Shown: piece after piece, positions 26,768-35,175 of the stretch
Position numbering within the stretch: position 1 is the first letter of the stretch
How the letters are laid out: each line of letters starts with the position of its first letter
Assembly (NCBI GenBank): GCA_001793155.1
Contig: MGHI01000005.1
Location: 23-64,022 of the forward strand
Length of the DNA: 64,000 bases
Source of the DNA: Candidatus Woesebacteria bacterium RIFCSPLOWO2_01_FULL_39_61
GTDB lineage: Bacteria > Patescibacteriota > Microgenomatia > UBA8517
Direction: 5' to 3'
Translations under genes and position numbers: made by a program
Notes under the pieces: generated by a model
What the model was told of the DNA's origin: nothing
What the model saw: only the letters and a program-made list of their open reading frames with translations
Databases searched by the model: none

Positions 26768-27118
26768 GTGGATAACTGTGAAAAAATGATGAATACTAAG
26801 AAAATTCTATACAGCCTTGGTTTTACAATTCTAGGAATGATTCTTGTTTTTCTTATATGGAAAAAAGTTTTTATACTAATATTGTTTTTGCTTATGACGG
26901 CATATTTAAAACATAAAATTATACCGATTAAAAAAGAATTTATACTCTTTATTGTCAGTGGTTTGACGGGAACTTCTGTCGAGAGTTTTATTATGTTAAG
27001 CGGACCCTGGACATACACTTATAAAGACGTAGCTAATTTCCCTTTATGGTTGCCCTTCTTGTGGGGTTTAGCAGGAATTTTGGGGATTAGCCTTTATCAG
27101 GGTATAACGGATAAATAA
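26768..27118 (+). CDS. Small membrane protein
   Basis: Three hydrophobic helices. Confidence 0.3.
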   Translation: MDNCEKMMNTKKILYSLGFTILGMILVFLIWKKVFILILFLLMTAYLKHKIIPIKKEFILFIVSGLTGTSVESFIMLSGPWTYTYKDVANFPLWLPFLWGLAGILGISLYQGITDK

Positions 27119-27119
27119 A

Positions 27120-27278
27120 ATGCAGATAAACGCAAAATGGCATAGGGCAAACAGGATGCCTAAAAACCCGACTCTTGAGCAGAGAATTAAGTGGCATTTG
27201 GAGCATGCAAAAAATTGTAACTGCCGGCCGTTGGGAGGAAAAATTTTAGAGGAGATTAAAAAGAGGGGACTCTTATAA
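27120..27278 (+). CDS. Small (52 aa) CxC…/His-rich protein, not in the ORF track
   Basis: ATG 2 nt after the upstream stop. Sequence MQINAKWHRANRMPKNPTLEQRIKWHLEHAKNCNCRPLGGKILEEIKKRGLL looks like a conserved small-protein architecture. Confidence 0.4.
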   Translation: MQINAKWHRANRMPKNPTLEQRIKWHLEHAKNCNCRPLGGKILEEIKKRGLL

Positions 27279-27304
27279 AAGTAGGTAACTACTATAGGAA
27301 TTCT

Positions 27305-27835
27305 CTATTTTTCGCTAGGGGAGAGTGATTGGAGTTTTTTAATTATTTCTTCGTGTTGTCTCCATGCAATTTTTGGTAGTTTATTTAATTTGAACCAATC
27401 GATGTTTGTGGTTTCTGTTCGGTCCTTTATTTTTAATTTGCCTTTAGCGACCACTTTATAAAAAAGTCTAAAGTGACCGGGAGCTCGCGGATCATCATCT
27501 GCCTGCGTTATTTTAATAAACCTTGCTTTTATTAGAGTTAATCCGGTTTCTTCTTTGATCTCTCTTTTCAAGGTGTCGATTGGATGTTCTCCGAAATCTA
27601 TAAAACCCGCAGGAAGATTCCATTCTTGAAAATGAGGTGGGATTCCTCTTCTTACTAAAAGGACTTTGCCCTTTTTAAATATAATCGCGTGAACAGACGA
27701 AAAAACATGAGGATAATAGACCCAACCGCATTTGGGGCAGATTTTCCTTTTCTTTTTGTCGACATCCTCTTTAAAAGATAATTTAGTCCCGCAAAGAGGG
27801 CAGAATTTGTATGTTGGGGGTTTTATATTCAGCAT
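27305..27835 (-). CDS. Nudix hydrolase with N-terminal zinc ribbon (NudC-like)
   Basis: CPLCG…CPKCG zinc ribbon followed by the Nudix box GFIDFGEHPIDTLKREIKEETGL. Confidence 0.6.
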   Translation of the reverse strand: MLNIKPPTYKFCPLCGTKLSFKEDVDKKKRKICPKCGWVYYPHVFSSVHAIIFKKGKVLLVRRGIPPHFQEWNLPAGFIDFGEHPIDTLKREIKEETGLTLIKARFIKITQADDDPRAPGHFRLFYKVVAKGKLKIKDRTETTNIDWFKLNKLPKIAWRQHEEIIKKLQSLSPSEK

Positions 27836-29328
27836 CAGACCTTTTCAGTAATCCGATACTCTAAATATTTTCCAAGCATAAGCCTTGTATGAGCGTCCAA
27901 ACCGGGTAAAGCCGAAAAGAAAAATCCTGCAACAGGCATAAGTACGAATTCCAAGGGAGTCAAAAGCGCTCGCCAGACAGGGAAATTTTCCGGACGCTTC
28001 GGTTTGTAAATATAGTCAAAGATAAGCATGATAACCAAAAAGACCAGGGCGACGGTCAATATTAAAGACGAAGCCTTGGGAACACTATAACCAAGCGCAG
28101 TTCTTCCGAACGCGGGATTAATAAGAGTAGGAAGAGTTAACCCGATTGTAATTAAAAACCAGTTCACAGGCCATAAAAAATGTGCCCAGATAACTGTGAT
28201 GAGCCTCATTGTTTTATCCAAAAAGGGTACATTCGGGGTCAAGAAATAATTTTTAATAATCCAAGGATCGTCCGATACTCCCCACGCCCATCTTTTAATC
28301 TGCTCGTATTGATTTTTCAAGGTCTTTAAAAATGAGGAAGACAATGCCGCGTCGGCAAAAAGCGGTAAATAAAGCGGTTCGACTTCGACTTTCCCACCCT
28401 TTTTATAAAAGGCTTTGAAAAACACTCCCCAATCTTCAGGAATTTTATCAGCGTCCCAGTAGTCAACTTCGTGAAGTAACTTTAGAGAAAGTGAGTAATT
28501 TTGAGCATTAATGAGTCGGTCACGGCGAGGAAGTTGCGAGAGATTCCAGATGGACATCAAGGTGTTGGGAACCCTGGTGATTGCAGGCAGTTCCCAAATG
28601 TTATTGTAAAACATAACTGCCGGTTGCCAAAAAAGCAAGTATCTATCCGGATTATCCAAGAACTTATAAGTTAGTGCGGCAAAATGGTTGGGATGATATT
28701 TATGATCAGCATCGCAGCTGGTAACCGTTAAATAGTCGATATTTATTTTTCTTTTATCGACCAACTCATTCTTGACCCAAATGGCTGCGGATCTTTCGTT
28801 CGATGCTTTTCCGACAACCTCACCCTGTTCTAGGGTATGAAGAGCTACAAAAAAGTTAGCAAATACCCCTTTATATTTTTTCTCAAGATTGTTCATTTTT
28901 ATTATTTTGTCTTCATCCGGTGCCCTATTTTCCTGCGCAACTACTACCGTTATCATTTTTTTAGGTAATGTTTGGATAACCAATGAATCGATGGTTCTTT
29001 CCAAAATATATTGGGGTTCTTTGTATGTTGGGATAATTACAATATTGTGTACTTCTTCCCAGTCAGGAAATTGTTTCAGGTCCCCTAGCCAATCGAAATT
29101 CATTGAAGCCTGTATTCGCAAATGGGATATGGTTGAGGTTATTGCTATGGTTAAAGATTGATAAAACCAATAAATATTGAAGCCTAGTATAAAGTAAGCA
29201 ACAACCTCCGGAATGACAAAAATTCCCCAGTAGGGAAAGAGAATAATATTCCACGAGGTAAAACCCGGCAGAATCTCGAGGATCCGCAAGACTTTTTTTT
29301 CGTGTTTGATAATAAAATTTCGAAACAT
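27835..29328 (-). CDS. Membrane-embedded GT2 processive glycosyltransferase (cellulose-synthase-like)
   Basis: D, DxD (SCDAD) and QxxRW (QIKRWAWG) motifs between TM segments. Confidence 0.6.
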   Translation of the reverse strand: MFRNFIIKHEKKVLRILEILPGFTSWNIILFPYWGIFVIPEVVAYFILGFNIYWFYQSLTIAITSTISHLRIQASMNFDWLGDLKQFPDWEEVHNIVIIPTYKEPQYILERTIDSLVIQTLPKKMITVVVAQENRAPDEDKIIKMNNLEKKYKGVFANFFVALHTLEQGEVVGKASNERSAAIWVKNELVDKRKINIDYLTVTSCDADHKYHPNHFAALTYKFLDNPDRYLLFWQPAVMFYNNIWELPAITRVPNTLMSIWNLSQLPRRDRLINAQNYSLSLKLLHEVDYWDADKIPEDWGVFFKAFYKKGGKVEVEPLYLPLFADAALSSSFLKTLKNQYEQIKRWAWGVSDDPWIIKNYFLTPNVPFLDKTMRLITVIWAHFLWPVNWFLITIGLTLPTLINPAFGRTALGYSVPKASSLILTVALVFLVIMLIFDYIYKPKRPENFPVWRALLTPLEFVLMPVAGFFFSALPGLDAHTRLMLGKYLEYRITEKV

Positions 29329-29375
29329 ATCAATAGTTGCTAATAGTTAGTAGATGCAAGCTAGGGAAAAACTCA

Positions 29376-30791
29376 TCATAATCTTGGAAACAAAGGATTT
29401 TCTGATTTTATTTCAGGACCTTTAAATTGCCTTTCAATTTTTTCTGCAGTTTCGGGAAGGAAGGGTTTTAAATCGGCTGCGATTTGTAATATGTCATCGG
29501 TTAGTTTTTCTAATGCAGAAATTTTTAAATTTCTTTCCAGTGCCCATACTTTGTTCTCGTTTATAAATTTATCTGCTTTGGAAATTTTCTTCCAAATAAG
29601 ATCTAATGCGCGTGTGAATTCTTTTACGTCTGACTTGACTAACTGTATAGCTACTCCTATGTTTAGGCTAATGTCTTTCAGCTCTCTACCTGGTAGATTT
29701 ACGCTCTCTGCCATCTTTGCAGTTCTGGCAATCAAGTTCCCTAGTCCGTTTGCTAGATCGGCATTATATTTTTCGTCGAATTTTGAATACTCTATATCGC
29801 CGTCTGAACCAAACTTTACTGCAGAAAGTAAAAGATACCTTGTACCATCAACACCGTATCGAACAATTAGTTCTTTCGGTGAAATTACATTACCTAAAGA
29901 TTTAGACATTTTTTGTCCGTCGATTGTAAAGAAACCGTGAGCGAAAATGTGTTTCGGCAGCGGTAAGTCTGCTGCAATTAGAAGTGCTTGCCAGATTACG
30001 CTGTGGAACCATAGAATGTCTTTGCCAACTATATGCAAATCAGCAGGCCAAAAGCGTTTTTTCCCGTCTAAAAATTGGGTTGCAGAATAATAGTTCATAA
30101 GAGCTTCGACCCACACATAAATTGTTTGGTTTTTATCCCAAGGTACAGGAATTCCCCATGAGACTCCCTCTCTAGATATGGAAATGTCCTCTACCCCTAA
30201 TTCGAGTCTGGAAAGTATTTCATTTTTTTTGGAGATTGGATGAATTTCGTATTCTCCACTTTTTATTTTTTCCAAGATAACTTTTGATAACTCCTTGAGT
30301 TTAAGAAAATAATTTCTCTCTTCTTGGTATACAGGTTCTTTATTAATATGAAGTGGGCACCTTCCGTTTACTAGTTCTGTTTTAGTCAGAAACTTCTCGC
30401 AGCCTACACAATACCACCCTTTGTAGACCCCTTCTACAATATATCCGTTATCTCTAATTTTTTGCAGAAGTTGGGATGCTACTGCCTCGTGTCGTTTTTC
30501 TGTGGTTCGAATAAAATAATCGTAATATATTTTGAGAGATTTCCAGGCTTCCTTGAATCTTGGAGCAACGGAATCTGCATACTCTTTAGGAGTTTGTTTA
30601 TTTTCCTCTGCGGCTTGAGCTACTTTCTGTCCATGCTCGTCTGTGCCGGTAAGAAAAAAGACATTGTTTTTACCGAGCTGCAACCTGTAGTAACGAGCAA
30701 TAACATCTGCTGCTAAAGTAGTATATGCATGTCCCACATGTGGGACATCATTAACATAATAAATGGGCGTAGTGACGTAAAATTTTGACAT
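29376..30791 (-). CDS. metG: Methionyl-tRNA synthetase
   Basis: HVGH (HIGH) motif at the N-terminus. KMSKS motif. Zinc knuckle CVGCEKF…GRCPLH. Confidence 0.9.
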   Translation of the reverse strand: MSKFYVTTPIYYVNDVPHVGHAYTTLAADVIARYYRLQLGKNNVFFLTGTDEHGQKVAQAAEENKQTPKEYADSVAPRFKEAWKSLKIYYDYFIRTTEKRHEAVASQLLQKIRDNGYIVEGVYKGWYCVGCEKFLTKTELVNGRCPLHINKEPVYQEERNYFLKLKELSKVILEKIKSGEYEIHPISKKNEILSRLELGVEDISISREGVSWGIPVPWDKNQTIYVWVEALMNYYSATQFLDGKKRFWPADLHIVGKDILWFHSVIWQALLIAADLPLPKHIFAHGFFTIDGQKMSKSLGNVISPKELIVRYGVDGTRYLLLSAVKFGSDGDIEYSKFDEKYNADLANGLGNLIARTAKMAESVNLPGRELKDISLNIGVAIQLVKSDVKEFTRALDLIWKKISKADKFINENKVWALERNLKISALEKLTDDILQIAADLKPFLPETAEKIERQFKGPEIKSENPLFPRL

Positions 30792-30820
30792 ACACGTATT
30801 TTATCAGAGGCTATAATCAA

Positions 30821-31771
30821 TTACATTCTAGATTGAACATTCTTTAGTGCTAACTCTGCGCATCTTATTCGATTTTTGTGTTTTAGATAGGGAAGAAGCT
30901 GAGTTAAACACAAATTGATAGCCTGTTTATCTCTAATATTAACCCTATAAAAATCACCGTTATGTATTCTTTCACCATGTCTTCCCGCTTTTGTCTCCAA
31001 GAGAATAGTGTTTTTGACTCTGTTTTTTTGTAGGAACTGATGAATTTGGTCGAGTATTGTCTTATCATATGAACCAATTCTGAAAGTAGCCCGGCCGTTA
31101 TAGACACCAATTGATCCTTCTGCGTCCGAATAGCCTGCAAGAAATCCAAAAAATAATTTTTTTGATCGGACAATCCATCTTGGGATTGAGGAGTGTTTTG
31201 TGAGCAAGAAAGAGAATGAGTTATTCACTGTGGCGGTAAAATGATATACACTCGGCTTGCTTTTGGGTCGACTAATCCAAACCGGTCCATATTTTGAGAA
31301 AAGTTTTTTTAGTAATAGTACCTGCTCTACCCTAGTTGTATTAGATTTTACAATTATAGATGAGATGGGTGATCTTTGTGCAACATTCAGATCTCCAATG
31401 CGAAATCCTATTAAGTATGCCTTTTCTAATAAATTATTAGAAAATTTATATTTAATGTGGAACGTATTGGCTTCCCACGGAGATCGAGTACTAATATCGA
31501 ATTTTCTAAACTTTCTTAGTACCGCAGATGGCGTACAACCGATTTGCTTACCGATTTCTTTTAATGAAAACCCTGACTTGTAAAGCTTTTCAAGAGCTGT
31601 TTTGTTAGTCGAAACAATTTTCCTCGGTCGTGTCGAAATTTTATACTTTTTTAACCAATAGTAAACGGTTTTAGAGTCGCATCCAGACTTAGCTGCTATA
31701 TCATAAGTCGATAAATGACCTTGGATATACCAACGTTCTAATTGCACTGGAGTGAAGAATGAGGAGGGCAT
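30821..31771 (-). CDS. Free-standing LAGLIDADG homing endonuclease with N-terminal tandem HTH domains
   Basis: Two LAGLIDADG motifs (YLIGFRIGDLNV and FFGFLAGYSDAEGSIG). The N-terminus has two resolvase-like HTH segments. Confidence 0.6.
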   Translation of the reverse strand: MPSSFFTPVQLERWYIQGHLSTYDIAAKSGCDSKTVYYWLKKYKISTRPRKIVSTNKTALEKLYKSGFSLKEIGKQIGCTPSAVLRKFRKFDISTRSPWEANTFHIKYKFSNNLLEKAYLIGFRIGDLNVAQRSPISSIIVKSNTTRVEQVLLLKKLFSKYGPVWISRPKSKPSVYHFTATVNNSFSFLLTKHSSIPRWIVRSKKLFFGFLAGYSDAEGSIGVYNGRATFRIGSYDKTILDQIHQFLQKNRVKNTILLETKAGRHGERIHNGDFYRVNIRDKQAINLCLTQLLPYLKHKNRIRCAELALKNVQSRM

Positions 31772-31875
31772 AATCTATGTTAGCAAATATTCACGTTGAT
31801 GTACATAAGCGTTTACGTAAGGGATGGCAGCTGTAATGTAAAACTTTTTCTTTGTCATCTAAGTAATTATACCTG

Positions 31876-31906
31876 CAAAAAATAAAAAACCTCCATTCGG
31901 AGGTTT
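31876..31906 (-). terminator. Rho-independent terminator (AAACCTCCGAATGGAGGTTTTTTATTTTTT on minus strand)
   Basis: 8-bp GC stem plus T-run, 20 bp after the stop of the 31927-32289 gene. Confidence 0.7.
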
Positions 31907-31926
31907 CTACATTGGATTGGATCAGT

Positions 31927-32289
31927 TTACTCTTGTCGCTTTTTAACGAAATTCTTGATTTTTTCAGACCACTGATTTGCCCATTCTTCCGCTTCCATCT
32001 TTTTTACTCCCAGCTTAAATCCTTCCTTATCCATCACTTGCTGTACTGAAGCGATAGTTGCACTCGAAACTTTTAAATTATCTTTGATGTTATTGTAGCT
32101 TCTTCCTTTTTTCAGCCAGTAGGCGATGGCTAATCTTTTTGCAAACGCTTCATATTCCGTATCGGTTAAGAAATCATTAAAAAAAACATCTGCTTCCTCG
32201 GCATCCTTTAAATCAGCAATAGTTTGGCAAAAAGTTCTCAGAATTTCTTTCTTTAAAGAGGGATTTAAAATTTTTTCTGATGTTCTCAT
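31927..32289 (-). CDS. TrpR-like YerC/YecD family protein
   Basis: About 100-aa protein with the …RLAIAYWLKKGRSYNNIKDNLKVSSATIASV… HTH typical of the YerC family. Confidence 0.5.
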   Translation of the reverse strand: MRTSEKILNPSLKKEILRTFCQTIADLKDAEEADVFFNDFLTDTEYEAFAKRLAIAYWLKKGRSYNNIKDNLKVSSATIASVQQVMDKEGFKLGVKKMEAEEWANQWSEKIKNFVKKRQE

Positions 32290-32379
32290 CCTGCTTTGTT
32301 TAATTAAATTGGCAGGTAATAATTAAGGAAGATAATATGTGCAGTATAACAAGGCTAAGTTACCTGTCAAGAGTCATAT

Positions 32380-32718
32380 TTAGCCCTTTTTGGAAAAATA
32401 TACCTCAATAGTTGCAGCAAGGGCAGCCAGTAAAACTAAGTTAAGAATATTTCCTACTCCCAAATAGCGAAGAGCTAAAAAGATAGTTACGGTAGATGCA
32501 ATTATTAATCCCCCCCTTGTATGAATAAGAATCGTAGAAATCGTAAAAAACAAACTTAAAAAGATTAGAAGAAAAAATAGTGGGACTGCTCCGAAGTCCG
32601 AGGGATCCACAAAAAGGATAGTTGTGGCAACAAATATCCAAAGCGTAATTATAACCAGTAGGGTAACAAAGAAATTTTTTCTTAACTTAATTTCTTTTTT
32701 GCGTTTTTCCTTTCTCAT
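32380..32718 (-). CDS. Small membrane protein
   Basis: Internal ATG of the longer ORF-track call. The upstream part is antisense to rmuC and was rejected. Three TM helices. Confidence 0.35.
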   Translation of the reverse strand: MRKEKRKKEIKLRKNFFVTLLVIITLWIFVATTILFVDPSDFGAVPLFFLLIFLSLFFTISTILIHTRGGLIIASTVTIFLALRYLGVGNILNLVLLAALAATIEVYFSKKG

Positions 32719-32770
32719 GCTCGGCTCGACAGTTTCATTGTAACCTATTCGAATGGTAAAATTACAAAAT

Positions 32771-33769
32771 ATGGATGCAACTTTAACTCTCATAATATTT
32801 GTTCTGGGATTGGGTTTGGTAATTTGGTTTATCAATAAAAAACTTTCTGACTTAGCAGAGAAACAAAAGCCATCCGAAGAACTTCTTGAAATTATAAAAA
32901 TGCTCCAGACGGGGTCGAAGGAAGACCGAAAAGCTTTACTGGATTCTTTGCAGAAAAATACCCAGTCTTTAAATGAACGCTTAGATAATGCAGCTAGGGT
33001 CATTTCCCAAGTACAGAGGAATTTGGGAGAAATGAGTGAGGTCGGGAAAGGAATAAGAACCCTGCAGGAGTTTTTGCAGTCGCCGAAACTTCGGGGAGGA
33101 CTTGGCGAGGAAGTTTTAAAGGAAATGATCGGCCAAACTTTTCCCAAAAATGCATTTCACCTGCAGTACCCCTTTAAATCCGGAGTCAAAGTCGATGCTG
33201 TTTTAAAGACAGAGGCCGGACTTTTATGTATCGATTCGAAATTTCCCATGGAAAACTTTAATTTGATGCTTAAAGGAGAGACAGAAGTACAAAGAAATGC
33301 CGGTAAAAAGCAATTTGCATCGGATGTTAAAAAACACATAGAAGATATTTCCAGAAAATATATCTTACCCGAAGAAGGAACGATGGATTTTGCCCTGATG
33401 TATATCCCTTCGGAAGCGGTTTATTACGAGGTCGTGAACATTCAAGAGTTGAGTAATTATGCTCGAAAATTAAGGGTTTATCCGGTTTCGCCCAATACTC
33501 TTTATGCCCACCTTCAAGTACTTCTTTTATCATTTGAGGGTAAAGATTTGGAGGCAAAGTCGCGCGAAGTTTTCAGAATTCTTAGAGCGATTCAGAAAGA
33601 TTATTCAAAGGTATATGATAATTTGGGTGTTTTGCAAAAACACTTAAATAACGCTTATAACATGATGAGTTCGGTCATTACTTCTTTTACCCAACTGGGA
33701 CAAAAAATAACCTCGACTCAGAGCTTGGGACAGGGAATAAAAAAAGAAACAAAGGAGTTAGAAGAGTAA
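32771..33769 (+). CDS. rmuC: DNA recombination protein RmuC
   Basis: N-terminal TM, long coiled-coil, C-terminal RmuC nuclease-like region (…ALMYIPSEAVYYEV…). Start taken as MDATL at 32771. Confidence 0.65.
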   Translation: MDATLTLIIFVLGLGLVIWFINKKLSDLAEKQKPSEELLEIIKMLQTGSKEDRKALLDSLQKNTQSLNERLDNAARVISQVQRNLGEMSEVGKGIRTLQEFLQSPKLRGGLGEEVLKEMIGQTFPKNAFHLQYPFKSGVKVDAVLKTEAGLLCIDSKFPMENFNLMLKGETEVQRNAGKKQFASDVKKHIEDISRKYILPEEGTMDFALMYIPSEAVYYEVVNIQELSNYARKLRVYPVSPNTLYAHLQVLLLSFEGKDLEAKSREVFRILRAIQKDYSKVYDNLGVLQKHLNNAYNMMSSVITSFTQLGQKITSTQSLGQGIKKETKELEE

Positions 33770-33777
33770 AGTAAATA

Positions 33778-34986
33778 TTAGTTATTTAACGCACGCGTGG
33801 GAGATCCACGTACATGCACCCTCCATTGTTCTCCATATCTATCAAGTACGTCTTCCGAGAAACCGCCTTCCGTATAATTTATTGCACGTAATTCTTCACC
33901 AGTTTTGGAGTCAAAAAAAGAGTTACTACCTGGGCGACGCGCCTTATACGATCCGTCGGGATTTCTTCTTTTATTCGAGAACTCAACAATTTGATTATGA
34001 TAGCCTTCATCACTTAAGAGTTCTCTAAGAAACTTAACCCGTTCGTCTTTAGATTCAAAATAGACAACTACTCTGGGATCTTCATCGGTTAAATTTTTAT
34101 AGACACCTGAGGTCATTCCAGTAGGAAAATCGTTCTTCTCAAATTTTGCAGCAAGATATTTGAAATTTAATCCTTCTCCTCTTTGGCCCCTTTTTGTGCC
34201 AACCTCTTTAAGGATTCCAACTACTTTCGGGATATCCTCTTTTTCTACCTGAAAATAGACCCTAAATAATTCTTCATCTTTCTTTGACAACTCTTTACCA
34301 TACGTTCTTCCCTGGAACATGTAATTTGGCTCACCAGATATTATTACCCGCCTGCCATTCATACCATCTTTGGATCTTGGTTTTTCCATTGGAGATAATG
34401 GTTCATTGACTAAAGAATTAATTTCTTCTTCTAATTGTTGTTCAGATAACTCTGTTCCTATAAGCTTGAATTCTCCGCTGGCTGAACGCCCCCTTTGCTT
34501 ATCTGCTAGGTGTTGAATAATTGCTCCTTCGATTCCAACATAATGAAGGATTTGTTTATCTCCCAGAATTTTTGCCTTCCCCGGATCTGTTGGAAATTGT
34601 TGATCAGCCACTCTTCTAACGCGTTGAGCATAAGCTGTACCGTCTGTCTCGATTCGGAAAGCCATTAGGACCAGCTCCTTGCGGTCAGAATCTGAAAACT
34701 GCGGTTGTTCCACACCAAGATTACGACATGCATTGCCCAAACTTCCCAACAGATTTTGATAACGCGTTACAAAGCGCCCTCTAAGTTCATTATCTGAATC
34801 AATTGAAGAAATTACCCTCTGATTATCAGGGTCCATTAGTAGATTACCACGGATTCCTGCTTGTGTATCATCGCCGCGCCAGAGTGTATCAGCATTAAAA
34901 TTTATTGAACTTGGTTTTTCAGGATTGATTACTTCGTAAGAGGAGAAACCATAAGATTCAGTTTCGACTTGAGGATCATTTGACAT
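33778..34986 (-). CDS. Hypothetical acidic protein (402 aa), no recognisable domain
   Basis: Long ORF. Composition is GC-richer than its neighbours. Confidence 0.4.
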   Translation of the reverse strand: MSNDPQVETESYGFSSYEVINPEKPSSINFNADTLWRGDDTQAGIRGNLLMDPDNQRVISSIDSDNELRGRFVTRYQNLLGSLGNACRNLGVEQPQFSDSDRKELVLMAFRIETDGTAYAQRVRRVADQQFPTDPGKAKILGDKQILHYVGIEGAIIQHLADKQRGRSASGEFKLIGTELSEQQLEEEINSLVNEPLSPMEKPRSKDGMNGRRVIISGEPNYMFQGRTYGKELSKKDEELFRVYFQVEKEDIPKVVGILKEVGTKRGQRGEGLNFKYLAAKFEKNDFPTGMTSGVYKNLTDEDPRVVVYFESKDERVKFLRELLSDEGYHNQIVEFSNKRRNPDGSYKARRPGSNSFFDSKTGEELRAINYTEGGFSEDVLDRYGEQWRVHVRGSPTRALNN

Positions 34987-35175
34987 ATATTAAGAAGAAT
35001 TTTAGCAGTTAATTAATACCTCTTCTAGCTATTTTCGATTGTGAAATAATTATCTCTTTCGTCCTTATGAATTTTTACTATTGTCCAAACAGTCGTCCGA
35101 CGTTTCTGAATTCAAAACATTCGCTCGAATTTTCGGCAAACTCTCGTTAGTTTTGAAATCAGCTATAATCGTGTA

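Noticed and set aside
32719-33147. N-terminal two-thirds of the 32380-33147 minus ORF
   Set aside because: It is fully antisense to the well-supported rmuC. Only the 3' membrane-protein part (32380-32718) is plausibly real.
35000-35175. Promoter for the helicase-nuclease gene (TTGAAA…TATAAT)
   Set aside because: The spacer between the best -35 and -10 candidates is only 5 nt. No acceptable alternative was found by eye.
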